From the NCBI GenBank assembly GCA_008632985.1, contig QPGO01000009.1:1-64000 (forward strand): 64,000 nt of DNA, in the 5' to 3' direction. The notes beneath the pieces are model-generated. The model was given only the letters and a program-made list of their open reading frames with translations. It was not told the origin of the DNA and ran no database searches. The DNA comes from Psammoneis japonica (taxonomy: Eukaryota). Positions 63,442 through 64,000 of this stretch are shown piece by piece. The translations under genes and the position numbers were made by a program. Position 1 is the first letter of the stretch. Each line of letters opens with the position of its first letter.

Positions 63442-63699
63442 GAGGAGAAAGTTTTTTAAGTGCGCGCGAAAACAAGATCGACTTAACCACGATCAAAATG
63501 TGACAAAAATAGTACTTACGACGTATGGCTTCCTGTGATCCGGTGGTGTATTAATGATCGTGTCTACAGTACTTATTGAATGAAAGCGACTTCGATGGTC
63601 CAGTCATGGATGGCACGATAAATCAGAAAACAGAATCACGTCATTCCACGACACTTTTTTCGCTCGAAAGCAAGGCAGACCGGGAGCACCGATTCCAAA

Positions 63700-64000
63700 T
63701 TAAGCTTCTCCGGTCTCACTTTGGACCGTCAAACGTTCATACACATCATTCAACTCCATACTACTCAAATGCTCCTTTGCCTTTGTCAATCGTTGAGCAT
63801 AAATCGTTCCAAAGTGAAACGAGACATTGGGTACATCCTTGACCGATGAAAGAAGACTCCAGCTTTCCCTCTTTGCTTTAGCATCGGAATCAACTTGGTT
63901 CTCTTCTTCCTTCTCTAACTCTTCTTTGGCAGTCGTTACACCACCATACGACAATTCATAGACAGAAGAATCCTTCTCGTCTTCGCGAAGAAGGAGTTTG
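63700..64000 (-). CDS. 3' end of a gene continuing beyond the window (acidic/charged)
   Basis: Frame appears open from the window edge to the stop at 63700 (...TTAKEELEKEEENQVDSDAKAKRESW...). Confidence 0.4.
   Translation of the reverse strand, partial: KLLLREDEKDSSVYELSYGGVTTAKEELEKEEENQVDSDAKAKRESWSLLSSVKDVPNVSFHFGTIYAQRLTKAKEHLSSMELNDVYERLTVQSETGEA

Overview
This is eukaryotic nuclear DNA, most likely from a diatom: short 80-150 bp GT-AG introns and a bipartite signal-peptide + ANA/FSP plastid presequence. Apparently intact genes are mitochondrial uL4, FIS1, a DBP2/DDX5-like DEAD-box helicase, a plastid GrpE-like protein, several unknown proteins, and an ~814-aa protein fusing an N-terminal globin to a 6-TM cyclic-nucleotide-binding-domain (CNBD) family ion channel. 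Between them lie broken gene fragments (ABC transporter, P4-ATPase, bromodomain-like, DUF1769-like, ankyrin, PPR, integrase zinc finger). About 26 kb falls in four sharply bounded islands (~3.3-4.8, 18.3-20.7, 28.2-36.5, 39.1-52.6 kb) that have almost lost both CpG and TpA. Paralog pairs inside the window show both CG and TA converted to TG/CA, a directional hypermutation of repeats whose TpA component runs opposite to fungal RIP. The two strongest candidates for new biology are this hypermutation and the globin-coupled channel. All calls are by eye; no database search or count was run.
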